NCBI GenBank assembly: GCA_965243135.1
Contig: OZ251539.1
Span: 4,384,001-4,448,000 of the forward strand
Direction: 5' to 3'
Source of the DNA: Alphaproteobacteria bacterium
Lineage (GTDB): Bacteria > Pseudomonadota > Alphaproteobacteria > MPNO01 > UBA830
Length of the DNA: 64,000 bases
Shown here: positions 29,629-40,047 of the stretch, one piece after another
Layout of the letters: every line of letters starts with the position of its first letter
How positions within the stretch are numbered: the stretch's first letter is position 1
The notes under the pieces: model-generated
Seen by the model: only the letters and a program-made list of their open reading frames with translations
What the model was told of the DNA's origin: nothing
Databases searched by the model: none
Translations under genes and position numbers: made by a program

Positions 29629-30989
29629 CGGTCCCGGCGGCGAAACGGCTGGCGGGCTGGGCCGCCGGACTCGCCTGGGCGGACGTGCCGCAGGAACAGC
29701 GTCCTCTGACGGGCTTGCGCGTTCTCGATACGCTCGGCCTCGTTCTCGCCGGTTCGAGCACCCCTGCGGCCGACGCCGCCATGGCGATCGCGGAAAGCCA
29801 CGGCAAGACCATGGACGCCGGCGCACTGCCTGCGGGCGGAACGCCGGCGGCGTGGGCGGCGTTCGCGCACGCGGTGATGGCGCATTGCCGGGACTTCGAC
29901 GACACGTTCCCGGACTCGGTCGTGCATCCCGGATCGGTCGTAGTGCCGACGGCGATCGCGGTCGGGACGGAGACCGGAGCGGAAAACGAAGATATCGCCG
30001 CCGCCGTGACGGCCGGCTACGAAGTCGCGGCTCGGCTGGGCGGCGTCGCCGAAAGGCGGTTTCACCGGCGTGGCTTCCACGCGACGGGCATCGCCGGTCC
30101 TTTCGCCGCCGCCGCGGCGGCAGGCCGAACGATGCGGCTGAACGGCGAGGCGATGGCGAACGCCTTCGGCCTGGCGGGCAGCATGGCCGGCGGCCTGATG
30201 GCGTTCCTCGACGACGGTTCCTGGTCGAAATGGCTGCATGCCGGCTGGGCGGCGCACGGCGGCATCGTCGCGGCGCAACTGGCCGGGCGCGGGTTTCGGG
30301 GACCGGCGGGCGTACTGGACGGCCGGCACAATCTGTACGACGCGTTCCTTTCGGGCGAAACGGTCGACAGGGACGCGCTCACGGCAGGGCTGGGCCGCGC
30401 GTGGCGCGGCGCGGAGGCGCATTTCAAGTACTACCCCTGCGCCCACGTCATCCAGCCCTATCTGGAAGCGGCCATCGACATCGCGGAAACGGAGGGACTG
30501 GACGCAGGCCGGATCGCCGGAGCGGAATGCAGGATCGCTCCATGGGCGGCGCAGATCGTGGCCGTCCCGAGAGAGATCAAGATCCGGCCGGCAAGCGAAA
30601 TGGACGCCATCGCCAGCCTTCCCTATCTGCTGGCGGTCGCGCTGCGGGATCGCCGCGTCACGCTCGACGCCCTCGACCGGAAGACGCGCGAAGAGTCGAC
30701 GTTGCTCGACCTCGCGGCCCGTATCGTACATGCCGAGGATCCGGCGCTTGGAAAAGGATTCGACGGTGCGCTGCGCCTGGATCTCGACGACGGACGGCGC
30801 ATCGAGCGGTCGGTATCCTCGACGCCGCCCAACCGGGAAAGGGTGGTCGCGAAATTCCGCGACAACGCGCGCCGCGCGATCACGGAGGGGCAGGCGGAAG
30901 CTCTCGAGCGCGCAGTCCTGAACGGAAGCATTCCGGAATTCGGAGAGATTCTGAAGTTCCAGCCGCCCGCTTCGCCGCCCAAACCTTGA
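29625..30989 (+). CDS. MmgE/PrpD family protein
   Basis: DFDDT, VHPG, GFHATG and KYYPC motifs; GTGA overlap. Confidence 0.92.
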   Translation: MTVPAAKRLAGWAAGLAWADVPQEQRPLTGLRVLDTLGLVLAGSSTPAADAAMAIAESHGKTMDAGALPAGGTPAAWAAFAHAVMAHCRDFDDTFPDSVVHPGSVVVPTAIAVGTETGAENEDIAAAVTAGYEVAARLGGVAERRFHRRGFHATGIAGPFAAAAAAGRTMRLNGEAMANAFGLAGSMAGGLMAFLDDGSWSKWLHAGWAAHGGIVAAQLAGRGFRGPAGVLDGRHNLYDAFLSGETVDRDALTAGLGRAWRGAEAHFKYYPCAHVIQPYLEAAIDIAETEGLDAGRIAGAECRIAPWAAQIVAVPREIKIRPASEMDAIASLPYLLAVALRDRRVTLDALDRKTREESTLLDLAARIVHAEDPALGKGFDGALRLDLDDGRRIERSVSSTPPNRERVVAKFRDNARRAITEGQAEALERAVLNGSIPEFGEILKFQPPASPPKP

Positions 30990-31995
30990 CGTCTGCACGA
31001 CGCCCCGAAGGAAACAAGGTCAGGAACGAAACGCAGATTTTCCGTAGCCCAACCGGCATCCCGACAGTCCCGACGCCTTGACGCACAAGCTAATTCCACT
31101 ACTTCTACCAACCATATGTTACTTGATGGGAAACATGACAAAAAACGCGGCCGCGCAATTCAAAATTTTCTTGCGAATGGCATACCTTCTGGACTATCTA
31201 TCGTCGCAATCCATGGCTGGACCGGTCTAATCGCCCGTAATGCAACGCCATAAACGCTTTGCCGTCGTAATGAAGAAAAGCGCACCGGCATATGCATTCT
31301 TGACGACAAATCTGGTAGAGGCTACGAACATTCAAAAGCGGCTTACCGAATAGCGCTGAGGAACGTGATTTTTGGGAGTTAGCAGGCGTCGTTACTACAA
31401 GCGATGAAAGTCCAAATAAAGCTCATGTACTTGAAAGCACGACTAATTCAAATTGTTGACGGAACAGGGCGCGTAGTTTTGGAAAACAAAACTAAACCCT
31501 ACACGAACGAGCATTTGCCGGAAGTCGACTTGGCCAGAGGCGTCCTCCAAAACGCATCGTTGATTCTTCCCGTTGTTGTTGCATAACCTACCCCGAGCTG
31601 CCGGCCGCAAAAAACCGTTCCGCGAATAGAAGAATTTTTCGCGGCGGCGCTCGCCGTTCGAGAGTTCAGAAGTGCGGCGCCGAGGGCCGCCCGCCTGTCT
31701 TCACGACGCAACGCCCGAACTCGGAACGGTTATGTCGAAGAGCGACGCGACGCCGGGAAAACCATACCCAAAGTTACACGGGCGAGCAGGCCATGAGACT
31801 TTGATCTTACGAATCTGCATCAGCAAGAAATAGTGCACAATAGGAAGGCACCTCAGCTTATGACGTTCAACAAAAAGCGGCCGTTCACCATGCGCACCTT
31901 CGCCTCGCGATCCGCCTTTGAATGTTCGCACTCATCCTCCAGGACGGCGAGCACCCACTGCGGCCGCGGGGACCGCTCGACGGAGGCGCTGCGCA

Positions 31996-32712
31996 TCAGG
32001 CCTCCTCCCGCCGGTAGGCGCGGGCCAGGTGCGCCTCGCAGTACGGCGCCCGCGCACCGCGGACGGACGGCGCGCCGCAGAAACTCCAGTCGCCGCTCAG
32101 CGGATCGCCGTCGATCCACTGGCACGTTCTGGGCGGCGGCCCTATCGGCACGTCGCGGATCGGCAGACCCCGCAGCCGACACGGGGCGAGGTCCGGGTCG
32201 CCGCGGTCGGGTTCCGGGGCCGGAGGCGCTGCCGTTCGCGGGCAGGCCTTCGTCCGCGGCGGCAGGCCGAGCTGCGCGCGGCGCGACAGCACGGTCCCGG
32301 CCGAAATGCCCAGTCGGCGGCCGATCTCGCGCGCGGTCGCGCCCTCGTTCCACAGCCGGCGCAGCTCGTCGTCGCGCTCTTCGGACACCGAACGCTTCCC
32401 GCGGGCCGGCAGGCCCAGCGCCCGCCGCCGCTGGCCGACCCCCGTCCGCGACATGCCCAGCGCCGCCATGGCCTCGCGGGTCGACGCGCCCTCGCTCCAG
32501 AGTTTCGCCAACTTGGCGTCGAGCGCCGCGGACTCGCCGGGCGGCCGCCACGTCCCGCGCGGACGCGAGGCCAAGCCGAGCGCCTTCCGCCGCTCGATCA
32601 CGGCGTCCCGGGTGCGCCCGGTCGCGGCGGCGATCTCGTCGACCGGACGCCCCTCGGTCCACCGCCGCCGCAGGACGGCGTCCTCGGCGGCGGTCCAGCG
32701 GGAGCCCTTCAT
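31996..32712 (-). CDS. GcrA-like protein with three tandem HTH repeats
   Basis: Three L..LW.EG....EI...G.......R..LGL repeats plus C-terminal CQWIDGDP...FCG...YCEAH...AY. Confidence 0.82.
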   Translation of the reverse strand: MKGSRWTAAEDAVLRRRWTEGRPVDEIAAATGRTRDAVIERRKALGLASRPRGTWRPPGESAALDAKLAKLWSEGASTREAMAALGMSRTGVGQRRRALGLPARGKRSVSEERDDELRRLWNEGATAREIGRRLGISAGTVLSRRAQLGLPPRTKACPRTAAPPAPEPDRGDPDLAPCRLRGLPIRDVPIGPPPRTCQWIDGDPLSGDWSFCGAPSVRGARAPYCEAHLARAYRREEA

Positions 32713-32945
32713 GCGGCGTTTCGCTCGGGCGATGTCGTCGGGCGGACGATCTCGTTGGGTCACGGCAGATATTTCGGCCACTGCCTCGACAGCCAGTCGA
32801 ACGCCCTCGCGGCTCGGCGCGCGGCGAGGTCGCCGCCACCGGTGCTTGGCCGCGATACGGTCGAGACCTGCCGCTGCGTCGCTTCGGCATAGATCTCCGT
32901 CAACCGCCTGAAATCGCAAGTGATCCGTGTCTCTGTGTTATTCAT
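32709..32945 (-). pseudogene. Phage Cro-like regulator with a premature stop
   Basis: YAEATQRQVSTVSR...RRAARAFDWLSRQWPKYLP*PNEIVRP; TGA at 32760 sits where Trp is expected; the natural stop overlaps the gcrA-like ATG. Confidence 0.65.
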
Positions 32946-33025
32946 AATACAGATCGTGTCATTGAAAACACAGTGCGTCAAGCGCGAATTTGCGCCTGCG
33001 CAAAAAAAAATCTAGCGTGCCATGC

Positions 33026-33421
33026 GTGACACGAGCTCTGCAGAATCTGCGCGACGAAGTGCGCCTCCTGATAGCCGAGGAAGGCCTTCGCCCGCTTGCC
33101 GCGCGCACAGGCTTGCCGGTCGGCGTACTGCGGAGCATTAGCAGCGGCCGCGACCCGTCGGGCCGGAGTATCGAATCGGTCTGCGCCGCGCTCGATCTAA
33201 ACTTTTTTATCGGAACGAAGTTTCCCAGTACGGCGATAGTGACTCAACACGTTCCGATTCGGATTTCCGACGAAGAACTGGCCGATATGGTGGTGTGCCT
33301 GGTCAACGAGTGGAACGAGACGCGGCGACGAAACAGGTGGAAACTGAAAGTGCGTTTCGCGCAGGCCTTTCCGGAGGCGCTCAATAGACAGGCGGCGCGC
33401 AAGCCGACCTTCGACGACTGA
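33026..33421 (+). CDS. XRE/CI-like HTH repressor
   Basis: GLRPLAARTGLPVGVLRSISSGRDPS...IESVCAALDL; divergent from the cro-like gene; start uncertain. Confidence 0.7.
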   Translation: MTRALQNLRDEVRLLIAEEGLRPLAARTGLPVGVLRSISSGRDPSGRSIESVCAALDLNFFIGTKFPSTAIVTQHVPIRISDEELADMVVCLVNEWNETRRRNRWKLKVRFAQAFPEALNRQAARKPTFDD

Positions 33422-33459
33422 GCCCCTTGCGCCGCGCGCATTCGCGTAGGCAAGCGGGA

Positions 33460-33740
33460 GAAGGGAATGCTCGACTGCGCGATCAACATCCGGGCGAGGG
33501 AACCGGGCGGCTGGCGGGTCACGGCCCGCGTCACCGACCGCCGGAACCCGGTCTACCGTAACGACCGCTTGGCCGACCTGCCCGCCGCCGCGGGCGTCGT
33601 CGCGGATCCGGTGATGCCCGCGCCTCCGGAGGCGGACAGGCAGGGAGAAGGGAAACGACGCTGGTCGACTGCCGCGAGTGCCCCGGACAGGTCTCCCGGT
33701 CGGCGAAGGCGCGCTGCAGCGCGCCCGACCCGGAAAAGTC
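33460..33740 (+). repeat. Dispersed repeat, copy B (small ORF plus decayed zinc-ribbon gene)
   Basis: MLDCAINIRAREPGGWRVTARVT followed by TLVDCREC...SAKA; homologous to 20950-21235. Confidence 0.85.
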
Positions 33741-34107
33741 GGAGGCGGCGACGCGGCTCGGCTCCGGCGCTCTGTCGATCGTCGCCGCGCTCGCGTTTCC
33801 GCCGCCGGTCGCGCTCGCGGCGGCCGTCCTCGCCGCCTGACCGGGATCCGTCCAAACGAATGAACGCCCCGCCGACGGCGAGATCCCTCTTGCAACGCAA
33901 CCGGTAATGGAGATTTAAAAAAGATAGGACAAAAACTTACCTCCAATGGCAGAAAAACCTCTTCGGAAGTTGCAGGTGTGAATCTCACATGACTAAATGA
34001 ATAATCTGCTTTGAATTCAAGATTCAAGGACAGTTATTTCCGTCGCGCGCAGTACGAACTGCGACCACAATGGTCGGAGTTGCATCACAATTGGCGAACA
34101 GGCACGC

Positions 34108-35307
34108 CTAGTATTTTCCGATAGCCTTGAAATCCAGTTCCACGACCAAATCGTCGACCTCGCCGTGTTTGCCGAACTTTATGAAGTGCATTGCCGATAG
34201 CCGTTCAAGTTCCCGCGAGAAGGTCCTGGTCGTGACGTTTCTGTACGCTTCCCTGATGTACGGGGACTCCAGAAGCTCGGAAAACTTTATCCGCCGCGAC
34301 GGATTGTCGGAGAACGGATCGCCCGGCTCCGTCTGTTCGATCAAAAAACTCAACAGGTTGCGCTCCCTTGCATTGACCGTGCGCCGCCTTTTTCCCGTTC
34401 TCTTGTTGTACGCGCGAACGAGCATGTCTCTGTACACCAATCTGTTCATTTTGGCCTTTATGAAGTTGCTTATGCCCGTCAGCTCCTCGACGAAACCCTG
34501 CAACCCGAAACGGACGAACGGATCGACATCGAAAGGTTGGCAACTCCTGCATTCTTGCAACGTCGTTTTGTAGGCAATCTCGTTCCTGTAAAAATAATTG
34601 GAAAGCCCGTAGAATCCGTGAACGTTATAGCCGCCCCGGAACAGGATTCCGGCCTCGACCAGCCTTGAGACGCGGCCGTTTCCGTCCCCGAACGGATGGA
34701 TCGTCACCAGGAAGAAATGCGCCAGAAGCGCGCTTATGACCGGATGCTGTTCCCGCATGCGGCGCGAGTCGACGAAATGGACGTACTCTTCCATCAAGCG
34801 CGGCACGTCTGCGTGCGGAGCGCCTCGATAGACGCCGCCCAGTTGGGGTGAACCGACGGTAACGGCGAACGTCCTGAAGCTCCCGGGAGAGTTGTTCCGA
34901 ACGTCCGATTCTTCGGTAATCATTCGGTGCATCTTCAGGATATCCGAAACGGACAGCGGTTCGGAACCGGCGGCGAAGCGCTCTCTCGTCCATTTTTGGG
35001 TGAGGTCGGCGTTTCTGATCTGCCGCTGTTCTCTGGTCGCCGCGAGCGCGGGCGTTTCGGGATCCCGCTCGGCCACGTCCATCTGATGCGAGATTTCGGC
35101 CTCCGAAAGAGGATTTCCTTCGAGCGCCGTGGTTCCGTGGACGGCGCGTATCCGGTTGAGCCGGTCCAGGCGATCGTGCCAGTGGGGCGGCAGGATCAGG
35201 TTCAGCGCCGTCTGCTTGTGCGCATCGACCGCCACGAGATCCGGCACGAGACCGGTCGCATCGAGGTTCCAATCGAAGGCAAACGAGTCCCATTCCATGG
35301 CAGACAT
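34108..35307 (-). CDS. Fic family protein with probable C-terminal wHTH
   Basis: HPFGDGNGRVSR catalytic motif; TTALEGN helix; C-terminal TTRTFSRELERL. Confidence 0.93.
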   Translation of the reverse strand: MSAMEWDSFAFDWNLDATGLVPDLVAVDAHKQTALNLILPPHWHDRLDRLNRIRAVHGTTALEGNPLSEAEISHQMDVAERDPETPALAATREQRQIRNADLTQKWTRERFAAGSEPLSVSDILKMHRMITEESDVRNNSPGSFRTFAVTVGSPQLGGVYRGAPHADVPRLMEEYVHFVDSRRMREQHPVISALLAHFFLVTIHPFGDGNGRVSRLVEAGILFRGGYNVHGFYGLSNYFYRNEIAYKTTLQECRSCQPFDVDPFVRFGLQGFVEELTGISNFIKAKMNRLVYRDMLVRAYNKRTGKRRRTVNARERNLLSFLIEQTEPGDPFSDNPSRRIKFSELLESPYIREAYRNVTTRTFSRELERLSAMHFIKFGKHGEVDDLVVELDFKAIGKY

Positions 35308-35323
35308 CTCTCTTTGCGGTTTT

Positions 35324-35431
35324 TCGACACGTTGTCTGACACTTTATTTGACAGCGTAACCTTATACATTATATCATTTTATCGTGTTTTCAAGGAAATA
35401 TCTGACAAATTTTTCGACGTCGTACTCGACA
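35324..35431 (-). promoter_or_regulatory. Fic promoter: extended -10 (TGATATAAT) flanked by two triplets of 12-bp-spaced YYGACA boxes
   Basis: Boxes at 35324/35336/35348 and 35402/35414/35426; minus-strand TGATATAAT at 35368-35376. Confidence 0.6.
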
Positions 35432-35738
35432 ATGGAGATCGATCGCGCCGATGAATGCGGCAAGGGTCGTCTGCATGCGGCGCTTCGGACATCTGCGCCG
35501 AACGCTGCGCGCATGGCCATGCCGTAACTGCTTCCCGCTTCGGGTCGGCGATCATCCGCACGAACGGGCGGCGCGCTTTCCGTCGCCAGCGAGACCATTC
35601 CTTATGCCGACGGCCTGCAGTGGGTCGGTTTCGCGCCGCGAAAAAGCCCGACCGGCACCTTGCGGCTGGTTCCAGACATTCCCAGTCTCGCCGACGACCT
35701 CGGGCCTTCAGACAGTCGCCGGACGCCGCTCCGTCCAG

Positions 35739-37289
35739 CTATCGTTCCGCATAATCCCGTTCCCACATCTTCTTCAGAACGGATCGATCGGTCTTGCCGC
35801 GGGCGTTCTTCGGAAGTTCGTCGACCAGGATCACCCGTTTCGGCGTTTTGAAGTCGGGCAGCAGTTCCGCGCATCGGGCGGCGATCTCCTCCTCCGTCGC
35901 CTGTTCTTCCGGCCGCGGCGCGACGAAAGCCACGATCTCCTCGCCATAGACGGCATCGGGCGCTCCGATCGCCGCCGCCTCCGCCACCTCGGGCAGAGAG
36001 ACCAGCGCGTTGTCGATCTCCAGCGGAGAAATGTTGACCCCGCCCCGAATGATGACGTCCCGGGTTCGACCGGTGACGGTCAGGAATCCGTCTTCGTCGA
36101 AGCGGCCGAGGTCGCCGGTCTTAAGCCGCCTCCCCCGGATTTTCTCCATCGTTCCGCCCGCGTGAAGATATCCCCATCCCGTCTGCGCGCCGCCGATCTC
36201 TATTTCGCCCGTCTCGCCGATCGGCAACGCTTCGCCGTCGGGACCGACGATACGCAGATTCTGATAAAGGCCGGGACGCCCGACGCTGCCGATGCGCCGT
36301 TGCCCGACATGGTTGCTCGCGACGATGCCGCCCTCGCTCATCCCGTAGAGCTGGACGAGTTCCACGCCGTAGGTTTCCTCGAAGCGGCGATGCCGCTCCA
36401 GAAGAAGCGGCGCCGTGGAAGACGACATGAAGCGCAGGCTCCTCATGGCCGCGCGGTCCTCCGCTGTCGCGACGCGTTCGAGCAGCATGTTGATCACCGC
36501 CGGAACGCCGATCGCCATGGTCGGCCGCCAGGTCCGGATCCAGTCGAAAAAGCGGGATTGCGAAAACCGCTTGGCGAAAACGAGCGTGGCGCCGCAGACC
36601 AGCGCCGGCTGCAGCGACAACATGTGCGACGACGCCCAGCCGAAGGAACGGTATTCGAGCATCCGGTCGGAATCCGTCAGCCGCCACATGTCGATGGCTT
36701 GGTCGGCGATCCAGAAATAGTTGTCGAAGGTATGGAGAACTCCTTTCGGTTCGGCCGCCGTTCCGGAAGTGAAACTCACCACGCACAGGTCGTCGGGCGC
36801 ACCGTCGGCAACCGGCGGATCGTCCGCATCGTCGTAGGCCGCGAATTCCGGCAAGATTCCCGCGCCGGAGGCCGCTCCGGACGGTTCCCCGAACCGAATC
36901 CAGCCCGGCTCGCCGCCGCCGAAACTCTCATGGCACAGCACGAGGTCGGGCTCGATCCGCTGCAGCATCTCGCGAATGTGATGCGCGTTCACCTCGATGT
37001 CGATCGTGCAGAACGCCGCGCCGCAGCGCTGAATCGCATAGTAGAGCGCCAGCGTTTCGAGCCGGTTGTCCGACAGCACGGCGATGCGGCCGCCCGGACC
37101 GACGCCGCGGTCGGCGAGAAAGCGCGCGATCCGGTTCGAAAACCGCCAGAGTTCGCTGAAAGTCAGCTGGAGGCCGTCCTGATCGATCGAAATCAGAAAC
37201 GGCTTGTCCGGCCGGATACGGGCGTGGCGCCGCAGAAGGTCAGCGACCGTCCTGTAGCGTGTTCGGTCCGGCTCGGAAGGAATATTCAA
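35739..37289 (-). CDS. AMP-binding acyl-CoA synthetase/ligase
   Basis: FTSGTAAEPKG, YGMSEG, TGDLG and PKNARGK motifs; TTG start inferred. Confidence 0.92.
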   Translation of the reverse strand: MNIPSEPDRTRYRTVADLLRRHARIRPDKPFLISIDQDGLQLTFSELWRFSNRIARFLADRGVGPGGRIAVLSDNRLETLALYYAIQRCGAAFCTIDIEVNAHHIREMLQRIEPDLVLCHESFGGGEPGWIRFGEPSGAASGAGILPEFAAYDDADDPPVADGAPDDLCVVSFTSGTAAEPKGVLHTFDNYFWIADQAIDMWRLTDSDRMLEYRSFGWASSHMLSLQPALVCGATLVFAKRFSQSRFFDWIRTWRPTMAIGVPAVINMLLERVATAEDRAAMRSLRFMSSSTAPLLLERHRRFEETYGVELVQLYGMSEGGIVASNHVGQRRIGSVGRPGLYQNLRIVGPDGEALPIGETGEIEIGGAQTGWGYLHAGGTMEKIRGRRLKTGDLGRFDEDGFLTVTGRTRDVIIRGGVNISPLEIDNALVSLPEVAEAAAIGAPDAVYGEEIVAFVAPRPEEQATEEEIAARCAELLPDFKTPKRVILVDELPKNARGKTDRSVLKKMWERDYAER

Positions 37290-37922
37290 GTTCCGGATCC
37301 TCAGCGTGGATGGCAGCCGACAGTGTAGCGAAGTTCGAAATGCTTGGCCTTCGGTCTGGTTTTCGCTCTCCCGCCGCTTCCGGACCGTCTTGCGACCGGC
37401 CGCGCACCGTCGCCCGGGAGCGGACCGCCCATCGCCACGCCGCGCAAGGCATGGGATCGACTTCGGGCCGGCTCCTTCCCAAAATCCTGGCGACGTCTCC
37501 GGTAACTCGACAAACCGGTGAACGCTGGCCTGCGCTCGCCATCGCATGACGACCTTCGTTCCGTGCAAAGATCCGCACGCTACCGAAAACCAGGCGTCCG
37601 GCGTCGTCTCCCGGCGAATAGTCGGCAACAACGCCCCGGCTCCGCTCCAGCATCCCGGCACGCAGAATGATCAAGAGATAATTTGGCAGCCCTCCGGCCG
37701 GGTCCGAAAGACCGCGCCGATCGCCGACGACGGATCCAAAAAGCCGTCTATCATGCGCTCAAGGAAAAGAGTTTACCCCGCGTCGCATCGGCGACCGGAG
37801 ATCTCAAGACGCCTTACGCCGCCTCGCCTTCCATGGCGGCGCACCCGTCTTCGATTCGCAACCTTGATTCGCCATCGGACATAAAGTATGCTACTCGCGG
37901 ATTCTTTCTAAGGACGCCAATC

Positions 37923-40047
37923 ATGGAAATCGTGTTCGGTGAGAATTCACGCGATCTGGAGGTAACGACCCTCCGCGAGATCCTGAAAAACATGAATATA
38001 TCCGGAACGCTCTACTTGGGGTATCCGGTTCTGTCCACAGCCGACGCTAAGGTGTTTATCGACGCCCTTCTGATCAGCGATTCGCACGGCTTGGTCGCGT
38101 TCGATTTATCGTTTCAACAGAACATGCAAACCGTAGAAGACGAAATAATGAAACTAGAGGAGCGGCAAGATCAAATATACGCTGTCCTATACAACAAACT
38201 CAACACGCGCAAAGACCTTCGCAAGGGTCGTTCCGTCGCCATAAAAATCAATGTCGTCAGCTGTCATCCGGAACTAGCCAACATCGGTCGACGGGAAAAC
38301 GTCATCGCTTGCGCGCCTGCCGAACTCCCCGACGTCATGAACGATTTTGAAGGCGTACCTGAAGAGTTTCTTCGCCCTCTTCAGGCCGCCATTCAGAGCG
38401 TTTCTACGCTACGGCCTCCAAACCGCAGAGAAGGCGTAAAAAAGACTGGATCTCGAGGCGCCATACTGAAGATTGTCGAGAACGAAATCGCAAACCTCGA
38501 CCAATGGCAGAAGAAAGCCGCTATAGAATCCGTCAACGGACCGCAAAGAATTCGGGGGTTGGCCGGTTCCGGAAAAACCGTCGTGCTGGCGCTGAAGGCC
38601 GCGTACTTGCATGTGCGACACCCAGAATGGAAGATCGTCGTCACCTTTCAAACACGGTCTCTTTACCAGCAATTTCGGGATTTGATCAGGCGTTTCACTT
38701 TTGAGCATGAACAAAATGAACCGGATTGGAACAACCTTAGAATTATGCACGCTTGGGGAAGTCAAAGCAATTACGGCGTCTACTCCACAATCTGCGAACA
38801 TTACGGAATCAGCCCACAAAATTGGAAAACGGCAAATAACAAATATTGGGAGTTGCGCTTTTGAGGGAGTTTGTAAAGAAATTAAATCAGCAATCGACAA
38901 ACACGGCCATAAATCCATTTTCGACGTCATATTGGTAGATGAAGCTCAAGATTTTCCATCAGAATTTTTTCAACTGATATACCACGTTGTCGCACCTCCT
39001 CATCGTATAATTTGGGCCTATGACGATCTGCAAAATCTCGGCGATTACGTAATGCGCGGCGACCGCGAGCTTTTCGGATCTGACGGCAACGGACAACCTT
39101 TGGTTGCGTTGGAAAATCGCGCCGACAACCCCAGAGAGGATATCGTTCTTCCTGTATGCTACCGCAATACGCCCTGGACATTGACCATGGCCCACGCGCT
39201 GGGTTTCGGCATTTACCGCAGAGAGGGGTTGGTCCAGATGTTCGAGGAACCGTCTACCTGGACGCGAATCGGGTATGAAAGACACCGAGGAACTTTGGCG
39301 CTTGGACAAAACGTGAGCCTCCGCCGTGCGGCCCACTCATTTCCCAAATACTTCGAAGAATTGCTCGACCGGGAAGATGCGATCATTTGCAAGACGTTTT
39401 CAAGCAATTCACAACAATATGAAGCGCTCGCCGAATCGGTGAAAACGAACATGGTGCAAGACGAACTGGATCCGACCGACATCCTGATCGTGTTGCCGGA
39501 CGCTTACGCTTTCCGAAAAATTGGCGGGGCGATTCTGCAAACGCTGTTCGCGAAAGACATTAGTGCGCATCTCGTGGGCGTGACCAGCAGCACGGACGAG
39601 GTATTTCAATCAGGATCCGTTGCGATAACTCATATATTTAGAGCCAAGGGAAACGAAGCGCCAATGGTTTACATATTGCATTCGGAGTATTGTCAAACTG
39701 GTTTCGAACTTCGTCGAAAAAGAAACATGCTTTTCACGGCGATTACTAGGTCGAAATGTTGGGTACGACTATTCGGGGTTGGCGATAGCATGGACAGCCT
39801 TCGTTCGGAGATAGAGGAATTACGTCGCAAAAATTTCGAAATCGAGTTCGATTACCCGAGCGAAGATCTCATCGAGCACCTTGCAAAGGTTCATCGGGAC
39901 GTGACGGATGATGACCTCAAGTCTTGGGATCAAAAAATCCACAACGTCGATGAAGTCCTTACCGCGCTAATTGAAGGTGATCTGCCGCGGGAGGCGCTTT
40001 CTCCTAAATTGCTCAAGAAACTGACCGAACTTAACGGCCGCCAATGA
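37923..40047 (+). pseudogene. SF1 (UvrD-like) helicase with NERD-like N-terminus, split by a +1 frameshift
   Basis: GLAGSGKT in the first frame; DEAQD, YRN, AKGNEA and FTAITR in the second; removing one T at ~38847 joins KY to GSCAFEGVC. Confidence 0.85.

Larger units (their letters stand above)
31930..33850. mobile_element. Cryptic prophage relic (divergent cI-like/cro-like switch plus early genes)
   Basis: Divergent HTH repressor and Cro-like pseudogene, GcrA-like gene, small decayed ORFs; bounded by AT-richer spacers; no integrase seen. Confidence 0.6.
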
